A stretch of 64,000 nt of DNA from Euprymna scolopes (Eukaryota): NCBI GenBank assembly GCA_053919585.1, contig CM132793.1; one strand, given 5' to 3'. The position numbers were made by a program, and so were the translations under genes. The notes beneath the pieces were generated by a model. The model had not been told where the DNA came from. It worked only from the letters and a program-made list of their open reading frames with translations, and searched no databases. Below are positions 25,101-39,140 of this stretch, piece by piece; within the stretch, counting starts at the first letter, position 1; each line of letters begins with the position of its first letter.

Positions 25101-28100
25101 TTCATGGGGATTTTAACTAATTCTGTCTCCAATTGCTTCGGTATCCTAGACAACAGATCCACGCAGGTGTTATCCTTACCCGCCAAGTACTCTATCTTAC
25201 ACTGGTACCCGCTAAGCTTTAAGGCCCACTTCTGTATCCTTTTGTTCGTCCAATCAGCTTCCAACAGGTGCTTGAGAGGTTTATGGTCCGTTTTTACAGT
25301 AAAAACAGCACTACTCAGGTAAGAGTCCGATTTCTGTACAGCATACATAATTGCAAATGCCGCCTTCTCTATCACTGGCCACCTCTGCTGGGTCTCCGAC
25401 CGCCGATGTGATAGAAAATACACTGGCACTTCCTCGGGTATTCCTGGTACTGGTCCATCTTTCTCTGGACAGGGTTGAGTCAACACTGCACCTATCACTA
25501 GCATCGGTGTACAACACCATCGGTCTGCCCAAATCGGGGTAGGTCAGAAGTGGCACTCTGGTCAGTTGTTCCTTAAGAGCGTCAAAAGCCCTTTGACAAT
25601 CCTCCGTCCACTTGAACCAGGCATATTTCTTTGTTAGTGCTACTAAGGGTCCTGCTAATCGGCTGAAGGCGGGCACAAAACGCCGGTAATAACCGATTGC
25701 TCCTATAAATCCTCGGACTTGCCTTACTTTTTCAGGTTCTGGCATGGCCCGAATGACCTCAACCTTGACCATGTTTGGACGAATCCCATCCTTATCTATT
25801 ATGAATCCCAAGTATTTCGTCTTATTCTTCAAGAACTGGCACTTGGTCAGTTTCAATTTTAACCCGTGGTTCTGTAGTCTATCAAACACCTTCTGCAATT
25901 GCCCGAAGTGTTCCTCTATATCTCTATAGAATCTGGTCTCCTTGTCGCTCAGGCCATCTACGAATGTGTCGATCAAAATCGTCTGGATGGCATCACTGCT
26001 CCTGGTCATCTCATCCGGAAATGCCAGTACTGCCAGTCTCTCTACGCGTTCTGTCAGCTCGTCAATACCATCCTTGTCTGACATTCTCAGCCGTGTCAAC
26101 TTCCGGACTGCCTGAATAGCCGTCCATTCATTGGCATATTGTTTCACCAGTAATCTACGCAATTCCGACCAAGTGATCGTTTGATTGTCGGCGTATATTG
26201 TCCCAATGAATTTTGAGACTGGTCTCGCGGCACTGTCTAAAGTTAGAAGAACCATCTCGTAATCACCCTCTTCTTTTCTATTACTGCCAGCCATTCTTGC
26301 AGTCTGGCAGGGTCGCCCACATAGGAAGGAATTCTTATCCCCCCCCCCATGGGCTTATCCATTTTTCTTGTTCCCCCGAGAGGCCCCTCACCTATTGTAC
26401 TGACCCCTTCTAGATCATTTATTTCCCCTTCATCTGAGGTGGCCATTATTATAGCAATGTGTCTCTCCCTTTCTGTTCTCTTTTTCTTTTTTTTTTTTCT
26501 TACAACCTATCGCTAGCAAGGCCACGAAACAAGGAAACCCCCCTCAAAAAAGAAAGAAACCCACAGACAACAAGCACCTGTAAAAAAAAAAATCAACGAG
26601 CGAAGCAATAAGGGCCAAACTTTTGTCCTACCTCTTCTGCTGTTGTCGTTTTCTCTGCCTCTCACTGCACCTCTTCTGCAATTGACGGTCTGCTTTTGAC
26701 CGACTGGTCTTAGCTATGCCCTAAAAGTTCTGTTTGGGTTTATTATATTTTCTAAATTCTTTTTCTGATCCTTCTCCTGTTTTCTGCCGCTAGGTGGCTG
26801 TTTACGTGAGCTGGCCCAGACCTTAAAGTCGATTGACTACAGTCCGTGGTCTGGCTATGCTCTCAGAGTCTCTTAAAAAAAAAATAGGAACTGTGTACTT
26901 TTCTTCCGTTTTCTTTTTTTTTTTCTTTCAATTTTCCTTTCTCTCACAGTGAGATTTTGTTTTCCTGAGAGGGGAGGAAAAAAAAAATTGTGTGCCCATG
27001 GAATTTCATTCGCACGTCTCTTAACAAAACGAGATCTCCTGGATCATCGGCACCATTAATGTAACCCTAACACCCTCTCTTGTCTGAGGGCCAGGCTGCA
27101 TCCGTCGCTATCCTGGTTCATGGAAGCATACTTGAGATGTACTCTTGGCCGTGTTCATCGCTCCCAGCTCACAGGACCATAGATGCAACCCAGCAGGGCT
27201 ACATTCTTACTTGTCTAGTGGTGGACCCCTCAAGGGTGACCAGACTTTCACCGATCACTGGAAAATATCTTCTGCTGCTCCGAGCATGCAAAATTTGCAT
27301 GACCCTAAGTCCGTGTGGCAACATTGTCGATTTTGGCTGTCACTCTGGCTTTGTGCTGGATCCAGTCTGTCTCCTTGATCATCTGGCATCAGGACATACT
27401 TGAAATAAACTGCATCTTCATTCAGGCCGTCAATCGAGAAAGAAAGAAAAACTCTGGTTCATTTTCGTAAAAACCAACAAAATAATTATTCATAAATCGT
27501 TCTACACTTGTTTGAAGTCGAGTTCCTTGATCCGAGCTTCATGATGCAGGTTGTATAACTTAAGTTCCTCTAATTAATTTCCCAGCTAAGAACAAGAGCC
27601 TTTCAACTTAGCTCTTATGAAGGTTTCACCCACCCCTCACCCCCCTTAGGCGAGGTGAGAGCGATGTGAACGCCTCGATGCCAGCCAGTAAAAGAACCCT
27701 AACTCTAAAAAACCAATAATTGTTATCAAATCAGAAATTCCTCCCTCTACCTTTTTGGAGTTATTCTTTCTCTTTCCCATTATTTTATATTCTTTTCATT
27801 TCCTCTTTTCTTGTGAACATCTTCTTCCTCTTTCATGACCATATCTCCCCCCAGCTTCAATTGTATTTATCTGTGCAACTAACTTATCACTGGCTTGGTG
27901 GCCTTGTAGTTAAATACAACAGGTGGACCTAAATGAGAACATCTCCCAGACACCAAAGCAGACCCTTTGAACCCAAGTCATTGTACCTGTCTCACTCAAT
28001 TAGTAGTTAAAATTCATTTTTTTACCAAATCCAACTAGAAAAACAATCTCTTGTTCCACGAATCCTATTATCAGATTTTATATTTTCTTCTCATTGAAAA

Positions 28101-28256
28101 AGGTACTATTTCTTCTCTGGTGGACAGAAATCTCATAAACATCTGTTTTTCCTCGACCAAGTGTCTGCTTGAACCCCCCCCCCCAACCATACCTCATCCT
28201 CTCCCATCTTCATCTAGCTGTTTAGGATACCTGGCACTGCCTGGGATCCCGTTACA
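25100..28256 (-). mobile_element. Ty3/Gypsy LTR retrotransposon remnant: 5' LTR, PBS, deleted gag-pol
   Basis: LTR 27060-28256 bounded by TGTAAC...GTTACA; TGGTGCCG PBS next to it; RT/RNaseH motifs KYLGF, GYYRRFV, YTDAS, TDHKPL. Confidence 0.88.
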
Positions 28257-29650
28257 AAATGAAATAATGACAGATGACGTTTTAAAATGATTGTATTTTA
28301 TTTTATCATTTAAAAATAACATTGAACAATATGTTGGTTTGTATTCGAAAACAAATAATGAAAGATGAAATTAACTATTGATTAAACGTCTTTAAAATGT
28401 GTTTTATTTTATGATTTAATTATTTAATTTTATATTTGAAAACATTGAACAATACAAATAAGATTTTGGTTTGATATTACATTTTATATTTTACTGTAAA
28501 TATTGTTCTCAGATATGATGATACGCAGAAACGCTTCTTCCTTGTTCCTGCGTCTTCACAAGAATTCTATCATATGCATCCCAAAATTACTTTTTGATGC
28601 CACCCTCCCAAGTTTATTCTTGAAATGTGCCCATAAACCTTCTATGGTTTGTGTGTGTGTCATTGGATCTTGTGGATCCACAAAGTTTTCTTTGTGGATC
28701 ACATCATTATCATATACGCCATGATCGAAATGATCAAAGCCTTGATATGCTGCAAAGCCGTCTGAAATTATTTGTGCATCGGGACGAATCCACGTTTTAA
28801 TTATTGGGAATAGTGTGTCCCGATCCCGACTATCAACCGCTGTTAAGTTCGAACCACGTTCGACAGCTCCAAAGACCCATCTGCCGTTCTTCATTCTTCC
28901 CTTGTGTTTTCTTTTTAAAAAAAATAGAATTCGTCCACTTCGACTACTTTGGGTTTTTTGTAGTTTACTCAATGCCACCTAGCATGATGGGATGATTTAG
29001 CAGATCTTCCTCACACACTTCTCGGACGAAATGCATCCAATCCACCACTGCATATGTGCCTGCACCCAATTCCTTCTTTATAACTGTTTGTGCTGCCTCG
29101 ATGCTCCAACAGAATAATAAAATAAGAATGTTTTTTATTCTTAAGTGTCTTTTTTCAAAAAAAGATCCTTTCCTAATAGAACAGGACGATTTTCAATACT
29201 TACATCTCCAGATGGAACCACTTCTTAACTTGTATAATTTTTGCAATTTTGTGCAATCATTGCAATAACTGCTATTTATTATTAGCCCGAAACGGGCTGC
29301 TATTTCGATCTCCTCAGTAATCAAATATATGACAAATTCCATTTGATTTTTTAATTTCTTGAATTGTAAAAACGTGATTAATGATGGTTGTTTTGCTGCT
29401 AATATCCATTTTCCAAAATTAAAAATAAAGTGACCACACGTGGGTAATTTAAATTTAAATTAAATTTTAATTTTAATCACATTAAATTTTCAATAATCAT
29501 GTGATTAAATTAAAGACGTTTAATCAATAGTTAACTTCATCTTTCATTATTCCTTTTCGAGAACAAACCAACATATTGTGCAATGTTATTTTTAAATGAT
29601 GAAATAAAACACAATCATTTTAAAACGTCATCTGTCATTATTTCATTTTA
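28257..29650 (-). mobile_element. Merlin transposon remnant with long inverted repeats
   Basis: 28257-28400 is the inverted repeat of about 29505-29650; WVFGAVER, IISDG, HTQTIEG. Confidence 0.82.
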
Positions 29651-29738
29651 TTTGTTAAACAACGTCGTTAATTTGAATTATATCTTAATCACAGGATTAC
29701 GCTTTCATTTTCACTAATCACGTAAATATAAACAACTT

Positions 29739-32264
29739 GGTATTCCGGCATAAAGCTCGAGACAATAGTCTCTAACCCCCTTTCACAACAAAAGGAACTA
29801 ACTTCCCTATACACCGCTTTTGGTTACTATGGGAACAGCTAATTTTTGTGATGATTCGATTTTTAATAATAAACACATTTTATTATTTTAAATATTAATA
29901 TTTATTTTTAATAATAAACACATTTTATTTTAAATATTAATATTTATTCTTAATAATAAACACATTTTATTTTATTTTAAACAATATACAGGACATTTTA
30001 AAAGTAAAACAATATTTGTTTAATAGTAATAATTTGGAGTATGCTGAAAACGAATATCATTTAAATTTGTCCGAAAAAAGTAGTTTCCGGGATATTAATC
30101 AATGTAGTTCTTTATGTTATAAGTGGTGGGCATTCCTATACACGCAAGAACGAGCATGTTTTTGACGCCCACCCCCCACCACCACTGATAACATGAAGAA
30201 CTATATTGATTAATATCCCAAAAACTACTTTTTTGTGACAAATTTAAATGCGCTTGCTTACATGTATAGAAATGGCCACCACCGATAACAAAGAATTACA
30301 TTGCTTAATATCTGAAGAACTCGTTTGCGGCAAAAATATGCGCGCTCACGCGTACAGAAATGGTCACCATTGATAGCATAAGCCATTACATGTATATATA
30401 TTTCAATGTCCTCGTGTCTTTATTGAAAGATGAAATAAAAAAAGACGAACGTTTTAGTCAAAACAGGAAAAAAATGCCCCCCCCTCCATCACTAGGTGGC
30501 CAGAAAGTGGGTGCTCATTTTACGTTAAATTTATATAGAAAAGTGGTACCCGACTTTTTGAAAAAGTAATTTCTTCATATCATAAAAACTATTCATTTCT
30601 GGCGGAAACGGTTAGCACATTCGTGTTTAGCACGACGAAATCTACAAGAAAAATATATTTTTTTTCTTCTAGTGTGAGACGGGTCTTAAAGTAAAATTTT
30701 ACCGTTTTTTTTTTATTTTTTTTTATTTTCCAAATTATGAAAAAAATGTAATAAATTGCAAAATTAAATAAAATTTAAACGGCATAATAATGTCGAATCC
30801 AGTACATCATGTTATAAAGAAATTGCGTGTAACTTTTCGACGCGGGTAGCTGCTAAAGTTGGCCGAGCTAGTACCTCTCATGGCTCTAAGTTTTACCTTA
30901 CTAGTGCTCCAGGCCCCTTCAATTGTATTTGTGTGGACTGTCGGATCATTCGGATCCACAAAAGTATATTTGTGTTCTAGCACAAAGTGGTTAGGAAGGG
31001 CATTATACGCTCGCCAACGATCCGTTATTATGCGTGTTCCAGGTAAAACATACTGTTGAATGATTGGCAACAGAGTTCCCGCATCTCTAGATTCTACTAG
31101 TACCATCATTGTTAGGTTTGTTCTACGTTCAACCATACCCAGAACTCATTGTCCTTGTCTGTATCGGCCACGGTGATATTTTCTATGCATATATTTGCTT
31201 TCATCGATTTCAACTGTCTGATCTGAAGAGGGTTATCAATGAGGCAAATAACACAAATTTCGCAAAGGAAATTATACTAGTCTTGGAGACTACGTGGGCA
31301 AACATGTCTGTTTTGTCACTTGTATTTGCGGTTCCTCTATCGACCACCAATAAATTACCTCTAGTATTTGATTAAGTGTTAAGTGAGCATGGTTGAAGAA
31401 GGAGCCAGCACGCACAGTTTTCGTTTTTTTACATTTGGGACAAGCCCAACAGTAGCCATCTCTCCTTTGCAAAAACATCCGACATTGATGCGATGATGCG
31501 TACACTTATTGCAAATGCTTTGATTTGTGATTAGCCCATGTTTCGCTAACCATTCGAGCGTTTTCATTCTGTTATTTATTTGTAACAGGATGTCTTTGAG
31601 AGAATATTCCAAAAAACACAGGTCAGCTGCAGTTATAACATCATCAACAATTTTCTCCATGAGTGCAGCAGAACGCGTACGATTTTTCGATTAATTGGCA
31701 GCAAGGATACTAATAATTTGTGCGGGTTTTCAGATCGAATAATAATTTAAAAAAAAAATCAACAATAATAATAATAAAAAAAAATCAACAATAATAATAA
31801 TAATAAAAAAAAATCAACAATAAAAAAAAAAAATCAACAATTATAAAAAAAAAATAGATTTTATTGGTTTATTCCTCGAATGACAAAAATAATAAATGTG
31901 ATTATATTGTTTATACTTTTAAAATAAATCCTGTATATTGTAGGCTATAATAAATGTTTGAAGCCAAATCTTTCAGCAAAAAAGGCCAAATTTAAAGACA
32001 AAACCACATTTTTTAGATAAAAAAAGGCCAAAAAAGTCAAATTTTAACTTTTTCTTTAATAATTACTATTAAACAAATATTGTTTTAGTTTTAAAATGTC
32101 CTATATATTGTTTAAAATAATAAAATGTGTTTATTATTAAAAATCGAATCATCACAAAAATTAACTGTTCCCATAGTAACCAAAAGCGGTGTATAGGGAA
32201 GTTAGTTCCTTTTCTTGTGAAAGGGGGTTAGAGACTATTGTCTCGAGCTTTATGCCGGAATACC
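29739..32264 (-). mobile_element. Merlin transposon (degraded transposase, >140-bp TIRs)
   Basis: TIR GGTATTCCGGCATAAAGC... at both ends; IITDRWRAY and VHTNTIEG; no clean TSD. Confidence 0.82.
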
Positions 32265-32269
32265 AACAT

Positions 32270-33245
32270 GTCCTTTTTTTTTGGATAACAGTTACAGGCT
32301 ATTCGTACAACTAAATGGCAAATCTGCCGAAAAAGCTTTCATCGATTTCCACATCTATTGGGATGCCTTATTCGGTAATACCTCCAAGTTGCTGAGGGTT
32401 TTCCGCAGGTACTACTCACAAATTTCCCGTAAGAAATTGCACCAGTCCACGATTGTGTTTTTGCTGACATCAAGTTCCCAAGGCGTAATGTCCTGGGAAT
32501 ACTCCATTGCCCACATATATATTATTTGTGTAACTTCCACTGAAAAATGAATTTTCCTTCAGACATCTGGTAAATTTGTCTTTCCTGCATATCCACCTAT
32601 ATTCATCGAGTCCTTGCATGTATTTGACCAGTTTGTAAGGATTGTGGCAAATTTCAGTCATTTTTATTTTTTGCAAGTCATCTCATAATTGAAAAGTTAT
32701 CCCTGTGAGGATCCAGCAGTCTAATTGTCTCATTAGACACAAATTCTGCATCCAGAATTTCTGTGTCCTCATTCACAATTGATGAAGGGTTTTTGGTCGA
32801 CCAACAAAAACCATTTTTCCGCAGATTTTAAGTATTTAAAGTTTCGTCAAATTGAAAGAAAAAGGTAAAATAAGTTTCGGTGAAAAGCGTAATATTAATG
32901 TACATTGAAGGAAAAAAAACAAATCTTGTTTAATAATTTTTTCGTTTGTTTGATTATATTTTAAATAAAGGGAAAATTCCACCCCACCCCCTCCCAAAAA
33001 AGAAAGGGCAGGTCACTCTCAAGGAAAATAAATGGACCAATCAGATTAAAGGATGACTTTATGAAGAAGACAAGCGGACATTTTTATTTTCAATTTAGAT
33101 GATGGCGATATAAAGTAAACAAAATCACCGGCTTCAGTATTTTGTTCTATGCTTACAATGGTTAATTTTTTAAACAAAAAATAATTCGTTTGGCAATAGT
33201 GCCCATCCTCAAAAAATTCCCTGGAATTTGTAACGCTAAACTTAG
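32270..33245 (-). mobile_element. Merlin-like 5' remnant; related terminal sequence inverted at about 13787-13926
   Basis: IVDWCNFLREIC and VEIDES readable on the minus strand; 33100-33240 resembles the reverse complement of 13790-13926. Confidence 0.65.
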
Positions 33246-33247
33246 AT

Positions 33248-33850
33248 TCAACCGTTCATTTTAGTAAACGTTCGTTTTGATGTTTTACATTTTACTTCAG
33301 GATACACTTTTCCTTCCTCGACATTTTGTGGCGTGAACCAAATCTTGTCTGTGTATATCATGGTCTTGTCTACACAGGAACTGTAGGTAAAATTGTCCGA
33401 AGCTTGACAGCGCATTCGACTGCAATTAATCAAACCATTACTGATAGAACCTTAGTAGGTAAGATACTCCGGTTATGTGGAATCCGTTCATCTTTGGGCG
33501 TATCTTATGACAAACTTAAAAAGTTTTCCTCACAAATTATATATGGCATCCCCTACCATTTACGTAAATTGGCATTGGTCCTCTTTGATGGTCAAATGCT
33601 ATATCCGCTACCTCCGTCATAACTAATAATCGTCCTGTTGCTCCGTCCTCCTGCATTTTCTAGGTCTTTTACCTTCTAGATTTTCCTCGCATTTCTTGAT
33701 GGTTGTTCCGTATTTAGGAGTCATACTTATATCCAGGCCCGAATCCCATGCCAAAGGAATATCACCTTCCACGGCTGACAACATAGAACCCTGGACGACG
33801 TAGTTTCTTTGTGTCATGACTCTTGATCAGTTTTCGAAGTAAACTGTGAG
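33248..33850 (-). pseudogene. Short NS1 (33248-33470) and VP (33623-33850) fragments
   Basis: RMRCQASDNFTYSSCVDK; MTQRNYVVQG...AWDSGLDIS. Confidence 0.8.
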
Positions 33851-33851
33851 T

Positions 33852-34570
33852 CCATTAAGCGTTTAATGGTAGAAAGGCTTAGACTTTTCTTTGGAGGGGG
33901 GGGTCGGCGTGTGTCTGGTTGAGAATAAAATAGGGCGGACGTTGGAAATCTAAGCCTTACCTTATAAATTTCACAATTTTCACTTTTTTAAACTTTTTCT
34001 TGTTAATATCATCCAATAGAGACTTATGTAATTAGAAAAATACTTTTTAAAATCATTTTATGACTTTTCACGGCTTGTTCAGTTTTCTATTATAACGTTG
34101 TAGTAAATTAAGCACGAACTTAAGTTCCACGCGCAAGCCACCGGAAGTTGGCCTTATTTTCTTTCTTTTTTCTTTTCACTATGAATAACCAGAGGTAACT
34201 TGGCGTTTGCTCGGAATGTGTTTCTTTTATTAAATTGTTAGGTGATGGTGAAAAATAGTTAACCTCCACCCTCCCCATGTTAAATAATAGTTTTCTAAAT
34301 AATTGTGATTTCACCATAACAACAAAGACCAAATTTTACAATAATACAGGGTTTAATTGAAAAATATATTTTTAATCAGCTTTCTTTGAAGAAATTCCAC
34401 GAATTTAAAAGTAAATATATTTAGAACATTTAAAATTAAAAAAAAAAAAAATATATAAATTCCCCCCAAAATCACTTACCTATAAAAAAGAATGAATTAA
34501 TGGGTAGTTCCATTCTTCTGAAAAAAATTTCAGTCGTAAAATTCAATTTGTAGCTAACGAAGAATATGAA
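33852..34570. repeat. Third, divergent terminal module (type D)
   Basis: CCATTAAGC|GTTTAATGG followed by GAATAAAATAG and CCTTACCTTATA, as in types A and B; right boundary uncertain. Confidence 0.65.
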
Positions 34571-34581
34571 ATATGGCAATT

Positions 34582-35532
34582 TCATATTCTTCTTGAATGC
34601 TTGTTAAGCATCCGCACTGGGATACTGTAGTTGTATATATAGTGCGGTAGTTCTGCAGTTAATCCGTTTGAAGGTTGTATGTCTTTGAAGGTATTGTTTG
34701 GTATGCAAGTTAGACTTTCTAGGTTTCCGTATCCAATGTATTGACCTTTGTCTTTGTATATTTGGAACCAAGGTTGAGGATTCGGTACGAATACTTCCTC
34801 ATTGTTCTTCGTGAGGAATTCTCCGCAAATGACGTTTTTTATTTCGCAGCCAATACTTTTTACTCTGTATGCTGTTGCTGTGTTCATCATCGATTCCCAC
34901 TGGTTTTGTTTTACCCATGTGGTTAAAAAGTATGGCACTATGTAATCTTTCGAGGTCGGTTGTGCCCAAGCGTATTCTCCGATGTCCTCGTATTTACCGT
35001 TAGATTCGTATTTATGGAATGTCGCTTTACAATCGTTCATGCTTGAAGTTCTTATTAAGTTTCGAAATGTTCTTTTTACTGTGTATGTGCGTTGGATGTT
35101 TCCACTTTCTGTTTGGATGTGCGGACCGTAGTGGATACCTTCCCATCCATTTGATCCCGATTCCGTCGACGGTTCAGTAGTACCCTCGTCCATTTGCGTC
35201 CTAGGTATATTGTCAGTGCTATCAGCAGTACCCACGGTGGGATCACCTCTGAAATAATCGTCCAATGCAAGTGCGTGTTTTGCTTTAATAGCGGTCCTAG
35301 CGATGCCCCCGATGATTCCAGTGCCCTCGGTGTTTTTGATGAATTCCTCATCCGCCTCCTTTGTGGTTACGCGTGCGTCTCCGTAAGCTATGTCGTGTAC
35401 CTTAGCAGCTAGATCTAGTTTGTTTCTTGGTGTAAATTTGAATTTTTTACTATCGGTGCCCGGTCTGAGGAAGTCGTACCCTGGTACAGTGAATTCTAAC
35501 TTGGTCCGACGTCGCTTTCGCGGTGGAGGCAT
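34582..35532 (-). pseudogene. VP (A' variant), 3' truncated
   Basis: NLS PPPRKRRR, PLA2 with GPG changed to RPG; diverged from VP-A mainly at synonymous sites. Confidence 0.92.
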
Positions 35533-36948
35533 ACTGCGTTGGTTTCATGCTGTATGTGTTTATATATTACTAAGTAGGTCAACATCTGTGACTATTGCGT
35601 CATGTCTATTTATAGATGTGATAATATTTTATTTATACCTAATGTCTGGTTTCTAGTAATGGCACTATTACTTTTACATTGATCGATCTAATGTATGGAG
35701 TGCAACGACTACACGACACTACCAGTGAAAAAGAAAATACAATACCAGACTGGTAGTGTTGTGTAGTCGTTGCACTCCATACATTAGATCGAACAATGTA
35801 AAAGTAAAAGTGCCATTACTAGAAACATTAGATCGATCCATGTAAAAGTAATAGTGCCACATTAGGGGATTTAATTCCAGTGTTCCCCATTCTTGTAGGT
35901 CGTCCATTGCTGTTCTGGTTGTGAAGAGGAACATTCGGTTTATCATTGCCTGTTTTTCGTTTGCTACGTGATGCATGGAGTTCGTTTTAGTATTCGCTCA
36001 CTCTGGTGCTTGACATTTACGTAGGTGTCAGTGCCCTCAAGGATACACTTTGCCTCCTCTACGTTCTGTGGCGTAAACCACAGCTCCTCCATAAATATCA
36101 AGCTCTTGTCGACGCAGCTTCCGAAGGTGAAGTTGTCGCTTGCCTGACAGCGCATGCGACCTGCGTTCATTAAACCGTTTCTTATGCTTCGTAGTATATA
36201 TGATTTCCCCGAGTTAGACGGCCCCGTGATGTGTAGCGCGTTTTTTTTTTTCTGACGTATTTTGTGACATACCTCGAACGTACTAGTAGCGAACTCGTCG
36301 GCATCAATGTGGTGATAAGTCAGCCATTCGTCGTATATGTCCAGGGATTTCTGGACGGGCCAGTATTGATGCGTCATGGCTGAGAATAGCTCGTGTTTTT
36401 CACATATCTGTTCATGGATTGGTGTCACGTTTAATGGTGGGGTGTGTGGCGTAGTTCATATTTTTAAAAAAATCTCTTATAAGGTTTAGAATAAAATAGA
36501 ATACGTGAGAATTGGGCTGATAGCTGGCCGTATTGGTGCCTACATTACTTCCTCCTTACCTTATATGATTGAATCCTTTTTGATTGCGTGTGTGCCTAAA
36601 ACTTTGATTCATCCCAGGTCAGGTGTCATGGCCGCCGAAAAAGTTTCTTTCCTCTCAGGTCAGGTCTTCTTCTGAAAATAACTATTACATGCTTGTACCA
36701 TGCTTATACATGCAAATATCATGCCATACATGCGATCGAAATTCCAATATATATAATACATACTCCAATATAATATTTAATATAGTTTATTATAGTAATG
36801 AATCGTACAATAGAAAAGATAGTTTTTAATTTGTTAGTATACAATGTGTGTGTGTGTGTGTTAGTAGTAATAGTAGGTCGCACCAGACCTTAGAGTGTAG
36901 AAAGTTTTTGTCCGCCATCTTGCCAGACCTTAGATACTTAAATTAACA
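35455..36948. repeat. Module M1 (VP 5' end, promoter, hairpin H1, NS1 fragment, terminal module B)
   Basis: Near-identical copies at 43571-45083, 49463-50926 and 57556-59068. Confidence 0.93.
35649..35826. repeat. Terminal hairpin H1 (78-bp arms, 22-nt loop); copies at 43763, 49629, 57748
   Basis: Arms 35649-35726 and 35749-35826 are reverse complements with few mismatches; lies upstream of VP. Confidence 0.92.
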
Positions 36949-37389
36949 TAAACGTTTAATGGTGGAGGGGGGGCACTCTACATAGAGATTTTTTTATTTT
37001 CTCTGACAGGTTTTGAATAAAATAGAATACGGGAGAATTGGACTTATCTAAGTTGCCACTTAGTGCCATGCTCTAATACCTTACCTTATAGAGTTTATAG
37101 AAATATAATGCGCGCGCGTAGAAAAACTTTCATTCATCTAATGTCTGGTGGTTCTGAAAAATAATTTCATGCATCTCATGTCATGCAGAAGGAAAAATAT
37201 TAAAATACAAACACATGTATGGTATTATATATATATATGTTTATTATACAATAATATTGCAATTACAATAATAATTCCAATAATAATAGTAATAATAATA
37301 ATACAAAGAACAGACATTAGATAGGAAAAAGTTTTTTGGCGGCCATGACACCTTAGACTTAGACCATAGATTAATTTCTTTTTTATCAG

Positions 37390-39140
37390 TCAGAGTCTGT
37401 CAGCAATTCCTCGCAGTACATTACCAATGTCTGCAAGGATTTTGTTTGTTTGTGCGTTATGTGTATGCGTGTGCAGTTCTCTGTCCCGTATTAATGTGAA
37501 CTCGTTGATGTTTTTTTTTTTTTTTTTTTCGTCGTTGTTCTCTTTGTCGTCGTCGCTGTCAGTTATTATGATCAAGTCTGTACTGTCTGTGTCTGGTGGC
37601 GCCGACGGCGAATTACTATTTGTCATCATTTCCTCTAAGTCAGAGTCCGTGAATGGTACTGTGTCCTCGGAGTCGTTTGGTGGCGTCGGACAGTTTATGG
37701 GATGTCCGTGTGTCAAACATACCTGGGCTGGCTGGTCTGGATCTAGGATGCACTGCTCGTTCATTTCAGGCAGTAAGTTGCGCCGCACGTCTCGTACTCG
37801 TAGTTTCTTCGAAGGACTGTGTTTGTCCTCCTCCTTCCACGTGTATCTTGATGAAGGTTTTGGTTGTGCGGTCAATTTTCCTGCCTTCGGGATGTAACCG
37901 TCTCGCTGGTAGTCCGTGATGTGTTTCCGCCATATTGTCAGCCACATCAGCGGGTTGAGTTCTAACGTTCCCCATCCCTTTAGGTCGTCCATCGCTGTTC
38001 GGGTTGTAAACAGGAACATCCTGTTGATCATGGCCTGTTTTTCGTTGGCCACGTGACGCCATGGTTCGTCGTTGCTGGTGGACAAGCAGGGCGTGCGTTT
38101 TAGGATTCGCTCGCTCTGGTGCTTCACGTTCACGTAGGTGTCCGTTCCTTCTAGGATGCACTTGGCTTCCTCGACGTTCTGTGGCATGAACCACATTTCT
38201 TCCGTAAATATGAGGCTCTTGTCTACGCAGCTGCCGAAAGTGAAGTTGTCACTCGCCTGGCATCTCATTCTTCCCGCGTTCATCAGACCGTTTCTGATGC
38301 TGCGAAGGATGTATGATTTTCCCGAATTTGATGGTCCGGTGATGTGTAGAGCATTTTTCTTGGGCCTTATTTTGTGGCAAACCTCGAACGTCCCCGTTGC
38401 GAACTCGTCGGCGTCGATCTGGTGGTACTCCAGCCATTCGTCGTAGATGTCTAGCGACTTTTGTACCGGCCAGTACTGGTGTGTCATAGCCGAGAATAGC
38501 TCGTGTTTCTCACGAATCTGTTCGTGGATCGGCGTGACCCGGCTCTGTATTTGGACGTCCGTAGCTGCAGCGGCTATGATGTTCGATAGGTTTGCCGTGT
38601 TTTTATGTATGCTCGCCCAGGTCTGTCTCGTCGACGGTTTTGCCGCTCTAGCGCAGTAAATCATCAGGTCTCCGACGTCCGTGGAATTCGCCTTCTTCAT
38701 GATTTTTGTGAGAAAGTCGTATTTTTGACCTCTCAGGCTGTCTGATTTGTTGGCTAGGCGCGATTCCTCGAGTTCCGGACTTGGCTCCCTGATGGTCTTC
38801 TCCGTTAGTTTCCGTAGCATAGCCAGTTGTCGTTCTGTCGTCAGGTTACCCGCCGATAGCACCGTTCTGATGCTCGGATCCGTCGTCAAGTACGTGCAAA
38901 GCCCGTAAGGACTGTATACCTTTGGACACGTCATGGTATACGCCTGTTCCCCTCGGTCCTGCAGCGTCCTCTTCAAGCGACTGAATCCATACTCGCTGGT
39001 CGGATGCTCGAAATGCCAACTGATGACGTGGAAATGGTCCACGTCTGAGCAGTTTTTCAGTCGGCTCGGTCCTGCTTTGTGGTAGACTACAATGTTCGGC
39101 CTTTGGTCGAGCAGGTTCGCCAGCAGTGAGTTTTCGCGGT
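37390..39140 (-). pseudogene. NS1: NS1-A copy, 5' truncated
   Basis: Near identical to 45528-47283; breaks at about 39140. Confidence 0.92.

Noticed and set aside
29860-29980. AT-rich tandem repeats, also 31750-31850 and 6100-6260
   Set aside because: Ordinary subterminal repeats of Merlin elements
36623-36829. 68-aa ORF repeated four times
   Set aside because: Lies in AT-rich terminal module B; recurrence reflects duplication, and module A has no counterpart
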